From Anaerolineae bacterium (GTDB lineage Bacteria > Chloroflexota > Anaerolineae > Anaerolineales > UBA4823), in assembly GCA_037439525.1 (NCBI GenBank), contig JBBIVW010000007.1, positions 13,302 through 77,301 on the forward strand: DNA of 64,000 bases. Reading direction: 5' to 3'. Below, piece by piece: positions 20,290 through 31,226 of this stretch. Made by a program: the position numbers and the translations under genes. The notes below the pieces were generated by a model. It made no database searches and was not told the DNA's origin. It saw only the letters and a program-made list of their open reading frames with translations. Positions within the stretch are counted from its first letter, which is position 1. Every line of letters starts with the position of its first letter.

Positions 20290-20389
20290 AAAAAAAGCCG
20301 GGTTACCCCTCAGGGATTGACTTCTCTCTATATGGCATAGTGACCCGACTGCGACGAGAGAGTTATCGTCCTGGGTAGGATAACCCGGC
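20290..20389 (-). terminator. Long imperfect hairpin plus U-tract between convergent genes
   Basis: GCCGGGTTA (20297)...TAACCCGGC (20389) with further imperfect pairing; A7 at 20290-20296. Confidence 0.6.
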
Positions 20390-20395
20390 GAGGTT

Positions 20396-21736
20396 TCAGG
20401 CAGAGATCGCTGCCAGCATCTCTTCGTTTGTTTTGAACTTGAATTCCTCCAATCCCAACTTTTGCGCCTCGGCGCGCTCTGCTGCTTCGAGCTTGAGCAC
20501 ATCCTCTTTGGTGATCGCTTTTTTGCTCAATTTTCTTAGCTGTGCTTCCAGCCTCTCTTTTGGCAGCAGGGGGTTCTCCAGAGGGCTTAGGGTTTGCAGG
20601 TATTGTATCAGCGCCTCAGCGCCCATTTCGCCATCTTTGCGTGCCACACCAACCAATCCACTGCTGGCTTCGCGCGACCAGCCCGCCACAAATACACCGG
20701 GTATAGCAGCCTGCTTTTCTGGGTCATAGGCTTCAAAGGAAATCCCGTCTACTGGGAAGCGCGGTTGGGGGTTTTTGACAAATTCGTTCCATTGGATCGG
20801 TAAGCCGAACTTTTCGTCTACGCGATCGCCAATGCAAAAAATGACGGTATCCGCATCCAGGATATAGGTGCTGCCCAGTCCCACGGCTTTGGTATCTCCG
20901 TTCTTCAATGCCAGGGCTGTGTCTTCCACTTCCAAACCACACACCATCCCCTGATCGTTGCCTAGAATCCTTTTTGGAGAAGAAAGGAAGCGAAAACGGA
21001 AACGGGTTGAGGAAACCGGTTCTAGCGCTTTAGGCAACGCAGAAAGGATGTACTCTTTGGCTTCTTCTGGGTCCTGACCTACTGCCCGCATCCTTTCTGC
21101 CACACGCGCTAATTCGGTCTCCAGGTCTTCTATATCCAGGTTTCGGATGACATTGGCCATTTCTTTTTTGGTGAATTTCACCTCCGCCGGGCCACGGCGC
21201 GCCACGGCAGTGACCTCATCCACTTTAAGGTCGCGAATCGTCCAGTGGGCGATGTCCATCATGACGTTTCCCACGCCCACGATAGCCACGCGTCGCCCAA
21301 TGTAGTAGTCATAAGTGCTAAAGGGGGGCAGCTTGTTGTAGTGGTACACGATGTCCTTGGCGTGATACACGCCTTTCAGGTCCTCCCCTGGAAGGCCCAG
21401 CCATTTAGTGCCTTGTGCACCAACTGTGACCATGATCCCCTGGAAACCCATGCTCTGTAGCTCATCCAGGCTTACATCGCCTTCTTTCCCTACGGTGATG
21501 TTCCCGTAATAGGTCACTTCTGGCATTTCCAGGATTTGACGAAATTGATTGCGCAAGCCCTCCTTCATTTTGTGTTTATCGTGGTAAATGCCGTATTCAG
21601 CAAGCCCACCCGGTTTGATATCGCGGTTGATCAGAACAACCTTCACCCCTTGAAGCGCTAACTGCCTGGCAGCGTATAATCCGGCCGGACCGGCGCCAAC
21701 AACGGCAACGCTATAACTGGCCTCTTTCGCGTTCAT
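20396..21736 (-). CDS. FAD-dependent oxidoreductase, adrenodoxin-reductase/FprA-like ferredoxin-NADP reductase
   Basis: GAGPAG, GGLAEYG, GVGNV, ARRGP, FVAGW; alternative start at 21748. Confidence 0.8.
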   Translation of the reverse strand: MNAKEASYSVAVVGAGPAGLYAARQLALQGVKVVLINRDIKPGGLAEYGIYHDKHKMKEGLRNQFRQILEMPEVTYYGNITVGKEGDVSLDELQSMGFQGIMVTVGAQGTKWLGLPGEDLKGVYHAKDIVYHYNKLPPFSTYDYYIGRRVAIVGVGNVMMDIAHWTIRDLKVDEVTAVARRGPAEVKFTKKEMANVIRNLDIEDLETELARVAERMRAVGQDPEEAKEYILSALPKALEPVSSTRFRFRFLSSPKRILGNDQGMVCGLEVEDTALALKNGDTKAVGLGSTYILDADTVIFCIGDRVDEKFGLPIQWNEFVKNPQPRFPVDGISFEAYDPEKQAAIPGVFVAGWSREASSGLVGVARKDGEMGAEALIQYLQTLSPLENPLLPKERLEAQLRKLSKKAITKEDVLKLEAAERAEAQKLGLEEFKFKTNEEMLAAISA

Positions 21737-22150
21737 ATTCCTCTCCATGTAATAAAATGTAACCCATCCATACGGTCTTTTTGATTATATGCGTACCTGT
21801 GCCGTTCCTCAAGTGATTTTTTTCCCAAATCTTGCGTATGATTTTCCCCTAGAAGCCTATTTGGGTGCGTTTTTTGTGATCTTGTGCTATATTTATGTCG
21901 AAATCGCATGCCACTATTTCTTTATGAAGAGAAGAAGGGATATTTTCCACTGCAGGAGGCTCCGATAAGCTACAGCATCGCCCCACTTCCCTGCGCAAAG
22001 GTCTTATTTGCCTTCTGAAAGGGCTTTGAGGTCTTTCTGAACCCTGGCAGCGGCCAATGGCAAAGATTGGGTGTAGTTCTGGGCGAGAGGGCTTTCTCGG
22101 TTGGTAGACTATGATATTGAAGATTTATTTGCGAAAAGGTGCATCACAAA

Positions 22151-23431
22151 ATGGAGATTACGAGAGAAATCCTCCCTAATGGACTACTTGTATTGCTAAA
22201 AGAGCTGCACACTGCTCCGCTCATCAGCCATTGGGTATGGTATCGTGTTGGTTCGCGTTATGAACAGCCGGGCATCACGGGCATCTCACACTGGGTCGAG
22301 CATATGCAATTTAAAGGTACCCCTCAGTTTCCCAATGGTGTGCTGGACCGCGCGATCTCGCGGTATGGAGGCATGTGGAACGCGTTTACATATCTTGACT
22401 GGACGACATACTTCGAGACTCTGCCGGCGGACAAGATCGACATTGCCTTACGCCTGGAGGCAGACCGCATGGTGAACAGCCTATTCGATGAACAAGAGGT
22501 TGCTGCGGAGCGCACTGTAATCATGTCTGAGCGTCGTGGTAATGAAAACGAGCCCCTCTTTCGTTTGGGGGAGCGCGTACGCCAGGAAGCCTTTCGATTG
22601 CATCCTTACCGCCATGAGATCATTGGCTCTATGGAGGATTTGCAAACCATCCAACGCCCCCAACTCTACGAGCATTATCGCCGCTATTATGTGCCTCGCA
22701 ATGCGGTGTTGGCCATTGCCGGAGATTTCAACACCGCAGAGATGCTTTCACTGGTGAATCAACACTATGCCTCCATTCCTCCTGGTGAGGTGCCACAGGT
22801 TGACCTTCCTGTAGACCCGCCGCTTGATCGCGAGCGGCGCTTCACCATTCAGGGGCCGGGAGAAACCGTGTATATCGAGGTCGCTTACCGTACTCCTTCT
22901 GCCACTCATGCAGATTTCTTCCCCCTAATGGTGATCGATAGCTTGCTGAGCGGACCGAGCAACCTCAACCTCATGGGAGGAGGACTTTCGAACAAGACTT
23001 CGCGATTGTATCAGGCGCTGGTGGAGGGGGAATGGGTGGTTAGCGTTTCAGGAGGGATGGCGGCGACCATTGACCCCTATTTGTTCAATCTCATCCTTAT
23101 TCCTCGCCCCGATAAAGACCCCGAAAAAGTGATTCAGGCGCTGGATGCAGAAATTTTACGTTTGCAGGAAGCCCCTCCCTCTTCAGAAGAACTCGCCCGC
23201 GCGGTAAAGCAGGCCCGTGCGCTTTTTGCTTACGGCAGCGAAAGCATCACCAACCAGGCTTTTTGGTTGGGCTTGTCGGAAATGCTCGCTTCTTATGATT
23301 GGTTCCTTAACTACTTGACCCGTTTGGAAGCGGTCGACGCCCAGGATGTGATGCGTGTGGCTCAAAATTATCTAAACCCCCAGAACCGTGTCTTAGGCAT
23401 TTACCAGCCGGATCAGCGTGAAGGAGCGTAA
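22151..23431 (+). CDS. M16 (pitrilysin) family peptidase, catalytic subunit
   Basis: HxxEH motif HWVEH, NAFT, LEADRM. Confidence 0.93.
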   Translation: MEITREILPNGLLVLLKELHTAPLISHWVWYRVGSRYEQPGITGISHWVEHMQFKGTPQFPNGVLDRAISRYGGMWNAFTYLDWTTYFETLPADKIDIALRLEADRMVNSLFDEQEVAAERTVIMSERRGNENEPLFRLGERVRQEAFRLHPYRHEIIGSMEDLQTIQRPQLYEHYRRYYVPRNAVLAIAGDFNTAEMLSLVNQHYASIPPGEVPQVDLPVDPPLDRERRFTIQGPGETVYIEVAYRTPSATHADFFPLMVIDSLLSGPSNLNLMGGGLSNKTSRLYQALVEGEWVVSVSGGMAATIDPYLFNLILIPRPDKDPEKVIQALDAEILRLQEAPPSSEELARAVKQARALFAYGSESITNQAFWLGLSEMLASYDWFLNYLTRLEAVDAQDVMRVAQNYLNPQNRVLGIYQPDQREGA

Positions 23432-23432
23432 C

Positions 23433-24719
23433 ATGCGCATATCCAATGCACTTGCCTCACCACACTCACTTCCTGGTCCCGAAGACATTCGACGCGAAGT
23501 CCTTTCCAACGGCATCGTCGTCCTCGGGCGTGCGAATTTTCAAAGTCAATCCGTAGTCATTCAAGGGTATGTACAAGCTGGCTCAATTTTCGATGCGCAA
23601 GACATGTTAGGGCTGGCGGATTTCACCGCTTCCGCGTTGATGCGGGGTACACATACACGCACGATGAAAGAACTCTTTACCCTGCTCGAATCCTCGGGCG
23701 CGAGTCTGGGTTTTGATTGTGCCACCCATACGGTCGGTTTTTCGGGCAAAGCCCTCGCAGAAGATTTGACCCTGCTCTTAGATATCCTGGCGGATTGTCT
23801 GCGACATGCCTCCTTTCCTATTGAACAGGTGGAGCGCCTGAGGGCGCAAAAGCTCACTTCTCTCGCCATACGCGACCAGGACACTGGCGACATGGCTTCT
23901 TTGACCTTTGACCAAATTGTTTATGCAGAGCATCCCTATAGTCGCCCAGAAGAAGGCTTTGCCGAAAGTGTTAGTCACATTCACCAAGCAGACTTGTGCG
24001 CCTTTCATCGGCAACACTACGGCCCAGCAGGCATGGTGCTCTCTATTGTTGGCGCGGTGGAGCCCCAGCGCGCCATTGATGAGGTTAGAAGGGTTTTGGA
24101 AGATTGGCAGAACCCCGCCCAACCAACCCCGCCAACTTTACCGCCTCTTGTCCCTTTGAAAGAGAGCATAACTAGGAAGGTGGTTATCGCCGGTAAATAT
24201 CAAGCAGATATTGTCATGGGAGCCGCTGGCCCACCGCGACACTCGGAAGATTTCTTACCGGCTGCCTTAGGCAACAATGTGCTTGGGCAGTTTGGCATGA
24301 TGGGTCGTATCGGCGAGGCGGTGCGCGAGAAGGCCGGGCTGGCCTATTATGCCTCCAGTTCATTGAGCGGAGGCCTTGGGCCTGGCCCCTGGTATGTAAC
24401 GGCAGGAGTTCACCCGCAAGATATAGAGCGCGCCATTGACCTGATCCTCCATGAGGTGCGCCGTTTTGTCACCGAGCCGGTGAGCGCTGAAGAATTGGAA
24501 GATTCAAAAGCCAGTTTCATCGGCCGCCTCCCTCTTTCGCTCGAGTCCAATCACGGCGTTGCCTCAGCACTGCTCAATTTGGAGCGCTATCAGCTTGGCT
24601 TGGATTATTACCAACGCTTCTCTGAGTTGGTTCAAAATGTGAGCGTGCAGCAGGTTTTGCATGTTGCCCAACGCTATTTAGACCCTGATCGCATTGCCAT
24701 TGCCATTGCAGGACCATGA
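23433..24719 (+). CDS. M16 family peptidase, non-catalytic partner subunit
   Basis: M16 fold without HxxEH, has 'VREKAGLAY'; AAGGAG RBS. Confidence 0.9.
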   Translation: MRISNALASPHSLPGPEDIRREVLSNGIVVLGRANFQSQSVVIQGYVQAGSIFDAQDMLGLADFTASALMRGTHTRTMKELFTLLESSGASLGFDCATHTVGFSGKALAEDLTLLLDILADCLRHASFPIEQVERLRAQKLTSLAIRDQDTGDMASLTFDQIVYAEHPYSRPEEGFAESVSHIHQADLCAFHRQHYGPAGMVLSIVGAVEPQRAIDEVRRVLEDWQNPAQPTPPTLPPLVPLKESITRKVVIAGKYQADIVMGAAGPPRHSEDFLPAALGNNVLGQFGMMGRIGEAVREKAGLAYYASSSLSGGLGPGPWYVTAGVHPQDIERAIDLILHEVRRFVTEPVSAEELEDSKASFIGRLPLSLESNHGVASALLNLERYQLGLDYYQRFSELVQNVSVQQVLHVAQRYLDPDRIAIAIAGP

Positions 24720-24772
24720 AAGATTTCTTTATTTCCTTCTCATGGAAAGAATTGGGATTATAATGACCGCGG

Positions 24773-25162
24773 ATGTGTGGTGAACAGCCAATGACCCGCA
24801 TTGCCTCTGGAATCGACCTGATTGAAATTGAGCGTTTAGAAAGTGCTGTTCAGCGCCAGGGGGAGCGGCTGTTGCGGCGTCTTTTCACTTCCCGAGAACT
24901 TGACGAGGTGGGGGATAACATGGCTTCGTTGGCGGCACGCTTTGCAGCCAAAGAAGCTGTTGCTAAGGCTTTAGGCACGGGCATCGGGCTCATCACCTGG
25001 CATGAAATCGAAATCTTACGAGGGAGCGCCAACCAACCAGTTCTGGCTTTACACCGTTCTGCAGCACAAAAAGCGCAAGAGTTGAATCTAACCCATTGGT
25101 CAATCAGTCTGAGCCATACCAGCAAGCTGGCTACTGCAATCGCCGTTGCTGTTGGAGAGTAA
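24773..25162 (+). CDS. acpS: Holo-ACP synthase
   Basis: GIDLIEI, RFAAKEAVAKALGTG, SISLSHT; alternative start at 24791. Confidence 0.95.
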   Translation: MCGEQPMTRIASGIDLIEIERLESAVQRQGERLLRRLFTSRELDEVGDNMASLAARFAAKEAVAKALGTGIGLITWHEIEILRGSANQPVLALHRSAAQKAQELNLTHWSISLSHTSKLATAIAVAVGE

Positions 25163-25227
25163 GTCTTTCTTGGGTATAAGCAGAGCACCCGCTGATCCTG
25201 CTCGATAAACACCACAGGAGGTAGAAG

Positions 25228-27747
25228 ATGAGATCCAAACTGTTCCGCGTGTTGTTCACCATTTTTTCTGTCATCCTCAGCCTTGCTATCGTCTTATCGG
25301 CTTTCGGGGTCTTCACGGTGAGGCGTTCCTTCCCCCGCTGGAAAGGCGAAATAAAGCTGACCGCGTTAGATGGTACAGTGGACATCTATCGCGATGCCTA
25401 TGGCATTCCCCATATCTTTGCCACTACCGCACACGACCTGTTCTTCGCCCAGGGATATGTGCACGCGCAGGACCGTTTCTGGCAAATGGATTTCTGGCGC
25501 CACATCGGTTCTGGAAGGCTCTCCGAAATGTTGGGCGCGAATATGGTGGAGGACGATCGCTTCCTGCGCAACCTGGGTTGGGAACGGATTGCCAGGCAGG
25601 AATTCGAGACAATGGATGAGCATATTCGTGAAGCGCTCCAAGCATATGCAGATGGTGTAAACGCCTACCTTGCAGAACATCAGGGGAGCGAACTCAGTCT
25701 TGAATATGCGATTGTGAAGTTGCTTGCGCCGGATTATAAGCCTGAGCCCTGGCACCCGGTGCATACCCTCACCTGGGCGAAAGTCATGGCATGGGACTTG
25801 AAGGGTAACCTGGGAGAGGAGATCGAACGCGCCATTTTACTGGCATCTTTGAATGAGGCACAGATAAAAGAACTGTTCCCACCTTACCCGGCCAATCACC
25901 CGGTTATCGTCCCAGAATACCAACAGGGAGCGCAAATGAGCCAACCGTTTAGCGTGGTGGAAAAGGGTTCAGGTGAGCGCGTGGCGTTGCAGCGTACCTT
26001 CGTGCACCTCGCTCAAAGGATTGCCTCTCTCGACGCGTTGATCCATACGCAGGGTGAGGGAATGGGCTCGAACAGTTGGGTGGTTTCGGGCAAACTCTCA
26101 GCCACCGGTATGCCCATCCTGGCTAATGACCCCCATTTAGGGGTACAAATACCCTCTATCTGGTATGAGATTGGTCTACACTGTGTCACTCTCACGGAGG
26201 AATGCCCTTATCGCGTGACCGGTTTTTCTTTTGCCGGCGCTCCTGGGGTAATCATCGGTCATAATCAGCACATTGCTTGGGGTTTAACAAACGTTGGGCC
26301 AGATGTGATCGACCTTTATATTGAGAAGATCAATCCGCAAAACCCCAACCAGTATGAGGTGAATGGCGCCTGGGTGGACATGGAGATCGTCCAGGAGTCT
26401 ATCCCAGTAGCCGGAGGGGAACCACAAGAGGTCACCTTACGCTACACCCGCCATGGTCCGGTGATCTCCGATGGCTTTGGCGCATTAGAGGATTTCGAAG
26501 CCAAAGCCGGCATCGATTTGCCCAGCCCCTACGCCATTTCCATGCGCTGGACGGCTCTTGAGCCGACAGCCCTCTTCCGCGCAATCCTGGGTTTCAACCG
26601 GGCTGCGAACTGGGAAGAATTTCGTCAGGCGGCGCGTGATTTTGTTGTGCCGGCGCAAAACCTGGCCTATGCGGATGTGAATGGAAACATCGGTTATCAA
26701 ATGCCAGGCAACATCCCTATACGTAAAAACGGGGATGGGCTGCTGCCCGTACCTGGCTGGACGGATGAGTACGAGTGGGAGGGTTATATTCCTTTCGATG
26801 AGTTGCCTTATGTCTTCAATCCCGAAAAAGGCTACGTTGTCACCGCGAATAACGCCGTCGTTGGAGAAGAGTACCCCTACATGATCACCACAGTTTGGGA
26901 GTATGGTTTTCGTGCACAGCGCATTGTGGATATGATTGAAAACGCTCCGGGAAAAATCGATATCGCTTATATTCAGATGATGCAGGGGGACAATTATGAC
27001 TTCAACGCCGAAAACCTGGTGCCGCTATTGATGCAAATTCCCTTGCAGGATGAGCGCTTGGAACGCGCCCGCGCCATCCTTGAGGGGTGGGATTTCCAGA
27101 ACCACATGGATTCGGCCCCCGCAGCGTTGTTCAACGCATTCTGGAGAGCCCTGTTGCAACGCACCTTTTGGGATGAGCTGCCCGAAGACTTTCACCCGCA
27201 GGGAGGTTCACGCTGGTATGTGGTGGTAGCCAATCTGGTTGAACAACCTCAAAGCGCATGGTGGGATGATCTCAGCACATCACAAATTGAAGATCGCGAC
27301 CAGATATTCCGCCTCGCCTTCGAACAGGCGGTCGATGAACTCGAAGCAACCCTGGGTGAGGACCCCTCGCGTTGGACATGGGGGGATTTACACCTGCTGG
27401 TTTTACGCCACCAGAGTTTGGGGAAGTCCGGCATTGCACCGATTGAAGCGCTTTTCAACCGCGGTCCTTACCGCACTTCCGGCGGGAGCGCCATTGTCAA
27501 TGCCACGGGATGGGATGCATTAGAAGGTTTTGAGGTTCTCTCTCTACCCTCAATGCGTATGATCGTTGATTTGGGGAACCTGATCAATTCATTGAGCATT
27601 CATCCAACAGGGCAGTCCGGGCATGCGTTTCACCCCCATTACGTCGATATGGTCGATATGTGGCGTCTGATTCAATACCACCCGATGTTGTGGGATAGCA
27701 CCCAAATCCAGGCACAAGCACAATATCATTTACGCTTGACGCCATAG
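25228..27747 (+). CDS. Penicillin acylase family (Ntn hydrolase)
   Basis: N-terminal TM, RDAYGIPHI, AQDRFWQMD, GSNSW, LANDPHL, GQSGH. Confidence 0.93.
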   Translation: MRSKLFRVLFTIFSVILSLAIVLSAFGVFTVRRSFPRWKGEIKLTALDGTVDIYRDAYGIPHIFATTAHDLFFAQGYVHAQDRFWQMDFWRHIGSGRLSEMLGANMVEDDRFLRNLGWERIARQEFETMDEHIREALQAYADGVNAYLAEHQGSELSLEYAIVKLLAPDYKPEPWHPVHTLTWAKVMAWDLKGNLGEEIERAILLASLNEAQIKELFPPYPANHPVIVPEYQQGAQMSQPFSVVEKGSGERVALQRTFVHLAQRIASLDALIHTQGEGMGSNSWVVSGKLSATGMPILANDPHLGVQIPSIWYEIGLHCVTLTEECPYRVTGFSFAGAPGVIIGHNQHIAWGLTNVGPDVIDLYIEKINPQNPNQYEVNGAWVDMEIVQESIPVAGGEPQEVTLRYTRHGPVISDGFGALEDFEAKAGIDLPSPYAISMRWTALEPTALFRAILGFNRAANWEEFRQAARDFVVPAQNLAYADVNGNIGYQMPGNIPIRKNGDGLLPVPGWTDEYEWEGYIPFDELPYVFNPEKGYVVTANNAVVGEEYPYMITTVWEYGFRAQRIVDMIENAPGKIDIAYIQMMQGDNYDFNAENLVPLLMQIPLQDERLERARAILEGWDFQNHMDSAPAALFNAFWRALLQRTFWDELPEDFHPQGGSRWYVVVANLVEQPQSAWWDDLSTSQIEDRDQIFRLAFEQAVDELEATLGEDPSRWTWGDLHLLVLRHQSLGKSGIAPIEALFNRGPYRTSGGSAIVNATGWDALEGFEVLSLPSMRMIVDLGNLINSLSIHPTGQSGHAFHPHYVDMVDMWRLIQYHPMLWDSTQIQAQAQYHLRLTP

Positions 27748-27771
27748 CTCTTCGAAGTGCGGAATAATGCA

Positions 27772-27818
27772 CCATCTCCCGGAAGGCTGTGGGGCTGCCT
27801 CGCCGGGAGATGGCTTTT
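27772..27818 (+). terminator. Rho-independent terminator
   Basis: CCATCTCCCGG...CCGGGAGATGG stem followed by CTTTT. Confidence 0.65.
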
Positions 27819-27851
27819 AACTACTATCTTTGAAGTGGGCCTTAACTGTTT

Positions 27852-28523
27852 TTACTCTGCTCCTTCGGCTTTATGCATGGTGCGTGTGCGTTCGCGCACT
27901 GCTTCGATCACCGCAGGCATGACAGAAATCAATATGATCGCCAAAACGACAAAAGAAAAATGCTCTTTAACAAAGGGCAGGTTTCCAAAAAAGTATCCTC
28001 CGAAGAGAAAGATGGTTACCCATAGAATGCCGCCAAATACGTTGTAGGTGATGAAGCGCCTATAGGTCATTTTACCAATGCCGGCCACAAAGGGGGCAAA
28101 TGTGCGGATAATCGGGATGAAGCGCGCCAGGATGATGGTCTTGCCGCCGTGTCGCTCATAGAATTCATGTGTACGGTCAAGGTATTCTTTCTTCAGGAAG
28201 CGGATCTCCCCGCTGAAGGCGCGTGGGCCGATGTAATGCCCAATCCAGTAGTTCACCGTATCACCCGCGATGGCGGCTGAGCAAAGCAATAGATAAAGCA
28301 GCCATACGCTCAGGGGTGAACCCAACACCGGCGAGGCAAATGTCCCCGCAGCAAACAGCAAGGAATCCCCAGGCAGGAAAGGCGTAACGACCAACCCTGT
28401 CTCCATGAAAATAATCAGGAATAACAATAGATATGTCAATGTACCGTAGTTTTGAATGACCGTGCTGAGGTGTTTATCTAGATGGAGAAACACTTCAATG
28501 AGCGAAGATAGTAACTCAAGCAT
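27852..28523 (-). CDS. DedA family membrane protein
   Basis: [33 protein letters not shown]. Confidence 0.95.
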   Translation of the reverse strand: MLELLSSLIEVFLHLDKHLSTVIQNYGTLTYLLLFLIIFMETGLVVTPFLPGDSLLFAAGTFASPVLGSPLSVWLLYLLLCSAAIAGDTVNYWIGHYIGPRAFSGEIRFLKKEYLDRTHEFYERHGGKTIILARFIPIIRTFAPFVAGIGKMTYRRFITYNVFGGILWVTIFLFGGYFFGNLPFVKEHFSFVVLAIILISVMPAVIEAVRERTRTMHKAEGAE

Positions 28524-28581
28524 TTTTGGTATCAGCCTTCCGTGAATTTTTTTCCTTATTAGATGGTCGCAGATTGCGGGA

Positions 28582-29862
28582 TTATAGCACGGTTCTGGGA
28601 GGGTTATCCTTTGGAGTACCCGCTTTATTTGGATGGCTCTGCCTTTCTTGACGCAGTTGTTTGTTCATGCCTGAGAGGCACACCAGGGCGCCAACTGCCA
28701 GAGTGATCAATCCGAAAGATGCGCTGAGGCTCACTCGATTCCATAAAGGAGCTGCATGTTCCGCCATTTGAGGTTGTAAAATGGTTTGCAATGCAATTAC
28801 AACAACGAGGCCATTCCACAATCCATGGATCAGGACAGCGCTCAGGTAAGCGCTCAGTGCGCGGCGGTAACGCCCTTTTGTCCAAAGCTGCACCAGTGCC
28901 CAGCCGCACAAAGCGCTGGTCATGACATGTATGGCTGCAGTGCCTAAGCGTGTGCCAATCAACGCGACCCAATTTGCCATCTCTACGCTTAGGGCTAACG
29001 TTTCCACCAGAGCAAATCCACCCCCACTGATTGCTCCCAGGGCAAACCCGGCCGAAGGGGAAAGCGGACGCCCATATAAAAGCCAAACGCCAATGGGTTT
29101 TACGAATTCTTCAATCATCGGGACGAACACAGAAAAGACCAGCAAAACCAGTGAGATGATCACCGGGGAACGCAAGAGGGGCCGAAGCAACTCAATCGCC
29201 TGTTCGAGGTTAGTGTCTGGTGCTTGAAGGGCAGTACCCAGTTCGAGCAGCCTTTCTAACCCCTCGGGGTGCAACGATAGATAGGCGAGCGAAGCCGTCC
29301 CGACCAAAAGGAGGGTCATCCCTTCAAAGATGAGCACCAAAAGCGGTGTGAGGCTAAGGCTGCTGCATAAAACCCCCCATACACGCTGTGGGGAACCAAG
29401 CGGCAACTCCCGCATCGCCAAAAGGGCAACCGCTACGGTGGGAAGCACTACTGCCAGGATATGCAATATGGGCAGCAAGAGGAGTGCTGCGCCCGATATG
29501 CGCAGGATGGCGGTTCCGCCGATTAAAACGAAGGGGATGGTCAGGCTTACTGCGGACAACCAGCGAGACGGTGCACGCAAGGAGCGCCATGGTACACCTT
29601 TGGGGTTGAGCATGCGTCGGAAGCTGTAATAGACCGAGGGCATGCAGAAAATTCCCAAAGAGACCCCTGCAGCCGCCATCGTCAAAGGCGGCAACCAAGC
29701 CTCCGAGCTTTGTGGAGATTGCATCAACTCAACCAGAGCTACGAGGGCGAGCATTAGTCCGACCGACCAGGTTATGGTCACCCATAGCACACTAAAGGCA
29801 AACTGCACTGCAGTATAGACGCGCGCAGGCGGGGATTCTTTTTCAGGCTTCGTATTCTTCAA
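28582..29862 (-). CDS. PrsW family intramembrane metalloprotease
   Basis: [20 protein letters not shown] motifs; many TM segments. Confidence 0.85.
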   Translation of the reverse strand: MKNTKPEKESPPARVYTAVQFAFSVLWVTITWSVGLMLALVALVELMQSPQSSEAWLPPLTMAAAGVSLGIFCMPSVYYSFRRMLNPKGVPWRSLRAPSRWLSAVSLTIPFVLIGGTAILRISGAALLLLPILHILAVVLPTVAVALLAMRELPLGSPQRVWGVLCSSLSLTPLLVLIFEGMTLLLVGTASLAYLSLHPEGLERLLELGTALQAPDTNLEQAIELLRPLLRSPVIISLVLLVFSVFVPMIEEFVKPIGVWLLYGRPLSPSAGFALGAISGGGFALVETLALSVEMANWVALIGTRLGTAAIHVMTSALCGWALVQLWTKGRYRRALSAYLSAVLIHGLWNGLVVVIALQTILQPQMAEHAAPLWNRVSLSASFGLITLAVGALVCLSGMNKQLRQERQSHPNKAGTPKDNPPRTVL

Positions 29863-31096
29863 TGGTCACACTGATGATAATATCGCCAGGCGGAAGTTCC
29901 ATAGCCTGCGAGGGGTCGCGCGGCGTCAGGCTTTCGACGACCTCCATGCCGGCAATCACCCGACCAAAAATGGTGTAGTTGCCATTGAGCTGAGGCACTG
30001 CCACGTATGTAATAAAGAATTGGCTGCCGTTTGTTCCAGGACCGGCATTTGCCATCCCCACCACGCCGGGTCCGTCAAAGGTCAAGTCAGCGGAGATCTC
30101 ATTATCAAATGCATAGCCCGGCCCGCCAAATCCTGTTCCGCTCGGGTCACCTGCCTGGGCGATATAACCGGGAAGGACGCGATGAAACATAACGCCATCA
30201 TACCACCCTTGTTTTGCCAGGAAGATGAAATTGTTCACGGCTACGGGTGCTTGATCGGCGTACAGCTCAATGACGATATCTCCCTTGGTGGTGTGCAGTA
30301 CGGCAACATAGCGCTTTTGGGGGTCGATGCTCATGGGGGGACAATCTGAATATTGGCGTTTTTCTAGCAAAGTGACTTTGATGACCGCCTCAAGATAAGA
30401 GTAGCTCAAGGGTCCTGTGTAAGGACGACCGTTGATCACCAGAAAGGGTGTGCCAGGCATCCCGATGGCGGCATTATCTTCCCAGGCTTGTTGAACCAAA
30501 GAGATAACAGCAGCACTTTGCGCATCGTTGTTGAATTGAGCGAGATCAAGGCCTAAGAAGATCACCTGGTCCGCGAGCCAGGCTTCGAATTCTTCGGGAG
30601 GCAAAGCCACCCATGCATCTCTTTTGGTGAACAACAAATCGTGCATTTCCCAGAACATGCCCTGTAGCCCGGCAGCTTCTGCAGCGCGCGCTGCTTGTTG
30701 GGCTTTGTCGTGAATGTCCAGAGGAAAGTGTCGAAAGATGAGGCGCAAGTCTTCGGGGAATTGTCGCCCGAGGCGCGCCAGTATCGGCGCAAGGTTGGCG
30801 CATTCAAAAGATTGAAAGTCTGCATACTCGATGATGGTCACGTATGCATCCGAAGGGCCTTTTGCCCAGTCTGTGTCCTGTGGGGGCGGGAAGAGGGAGG
30901 TTTCTGTGGGGTTCGGTGTGGGTTGAAACGAACGCAGCCGGCATGCAGCGCGCGGTGCGCCGGTAAACTGCGCGTGAACAGTCTTTTGTAGTGGCCCCAG
31001 GGAGCTGGGAGTGGAAAGCGCTCGCGAGGTACATGCGCTGATCCCCCCAAGCGCCGCTAGCAAACTCAGGACAAGTAATTTTCTATAAGCCCTCAT
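29843..31096 (-). CDS. Lipoprotein fusion of a DsbA/thioredoxin-like domain and a cyclophilin peptidyl-prolyl isomerase
   Basis: Lipobox ISAC; EYADFQSFEC...FRHFPL...GTP; cyclophilin FHRV, AQAGDP, MANAG, NGSQFFI. Confidence 0.9.
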   Translation of the reverse strand: MRAYRKLLVLSLLAALGGISACTSRALSTPSSLGPLQKTVHAQFTGAPRAACRLRSFQPTPNPTETSLFPPPQDTDWAKGPSDAYVTIIEYADFQSFECANLAPILARLGRQFPEDLRLIFRHFPLDIHDKAQQAARAAEAAGLQGMFWEMHDLLFTKRDAWVALPPEEFEAWLADQVIFLGLDLAQFNNDAQSAAVISLVQQAWEDNAAIGMPGTPFLVINGRPYTGPLSYSYLEAVIKVTLLEKRQYSDCPPMSIDPQKRYVAVLHTTKGDIVIELYADQAPVAVNNFIFLAKQGWYDGVMFHRVLPGYIAQAGDPSGTGFGGPGYAFDNEISADLTFDGPGVVGMANAGPGTNGSQFFITYVAVPQLNGNYTIFGRVIAGMEVVESLTPRDPSQAMELPPGDIIISVTIEEYEA

Positions 31097-31226
31097 GGAA
31101 GCCTCCACAAGAGGATGTCACGATATCGCCTTTAAGGTGTTATCCATGCCTTTATGTCTCGATTATGGAACACGCCAGGCAACCAGTAGTGGCGGTGTGA
31201 ATTGATTCTACCAGCCCGAGAAGAGT

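Noticed and set aside
22151-24719. Second M16 gene lacking HxxEH as a possible pseudogene
   Set aside because: Active plus inactive heterodimeric M16B pairs are the normal arrangement
30795-30830. Possible selenocysteine recoding in redox or arsenic proteins
   Set aside because: No in-frame TGA at the DsbA, redoxin or ArsM active sites; the DsbA codon is TCT (Ser)
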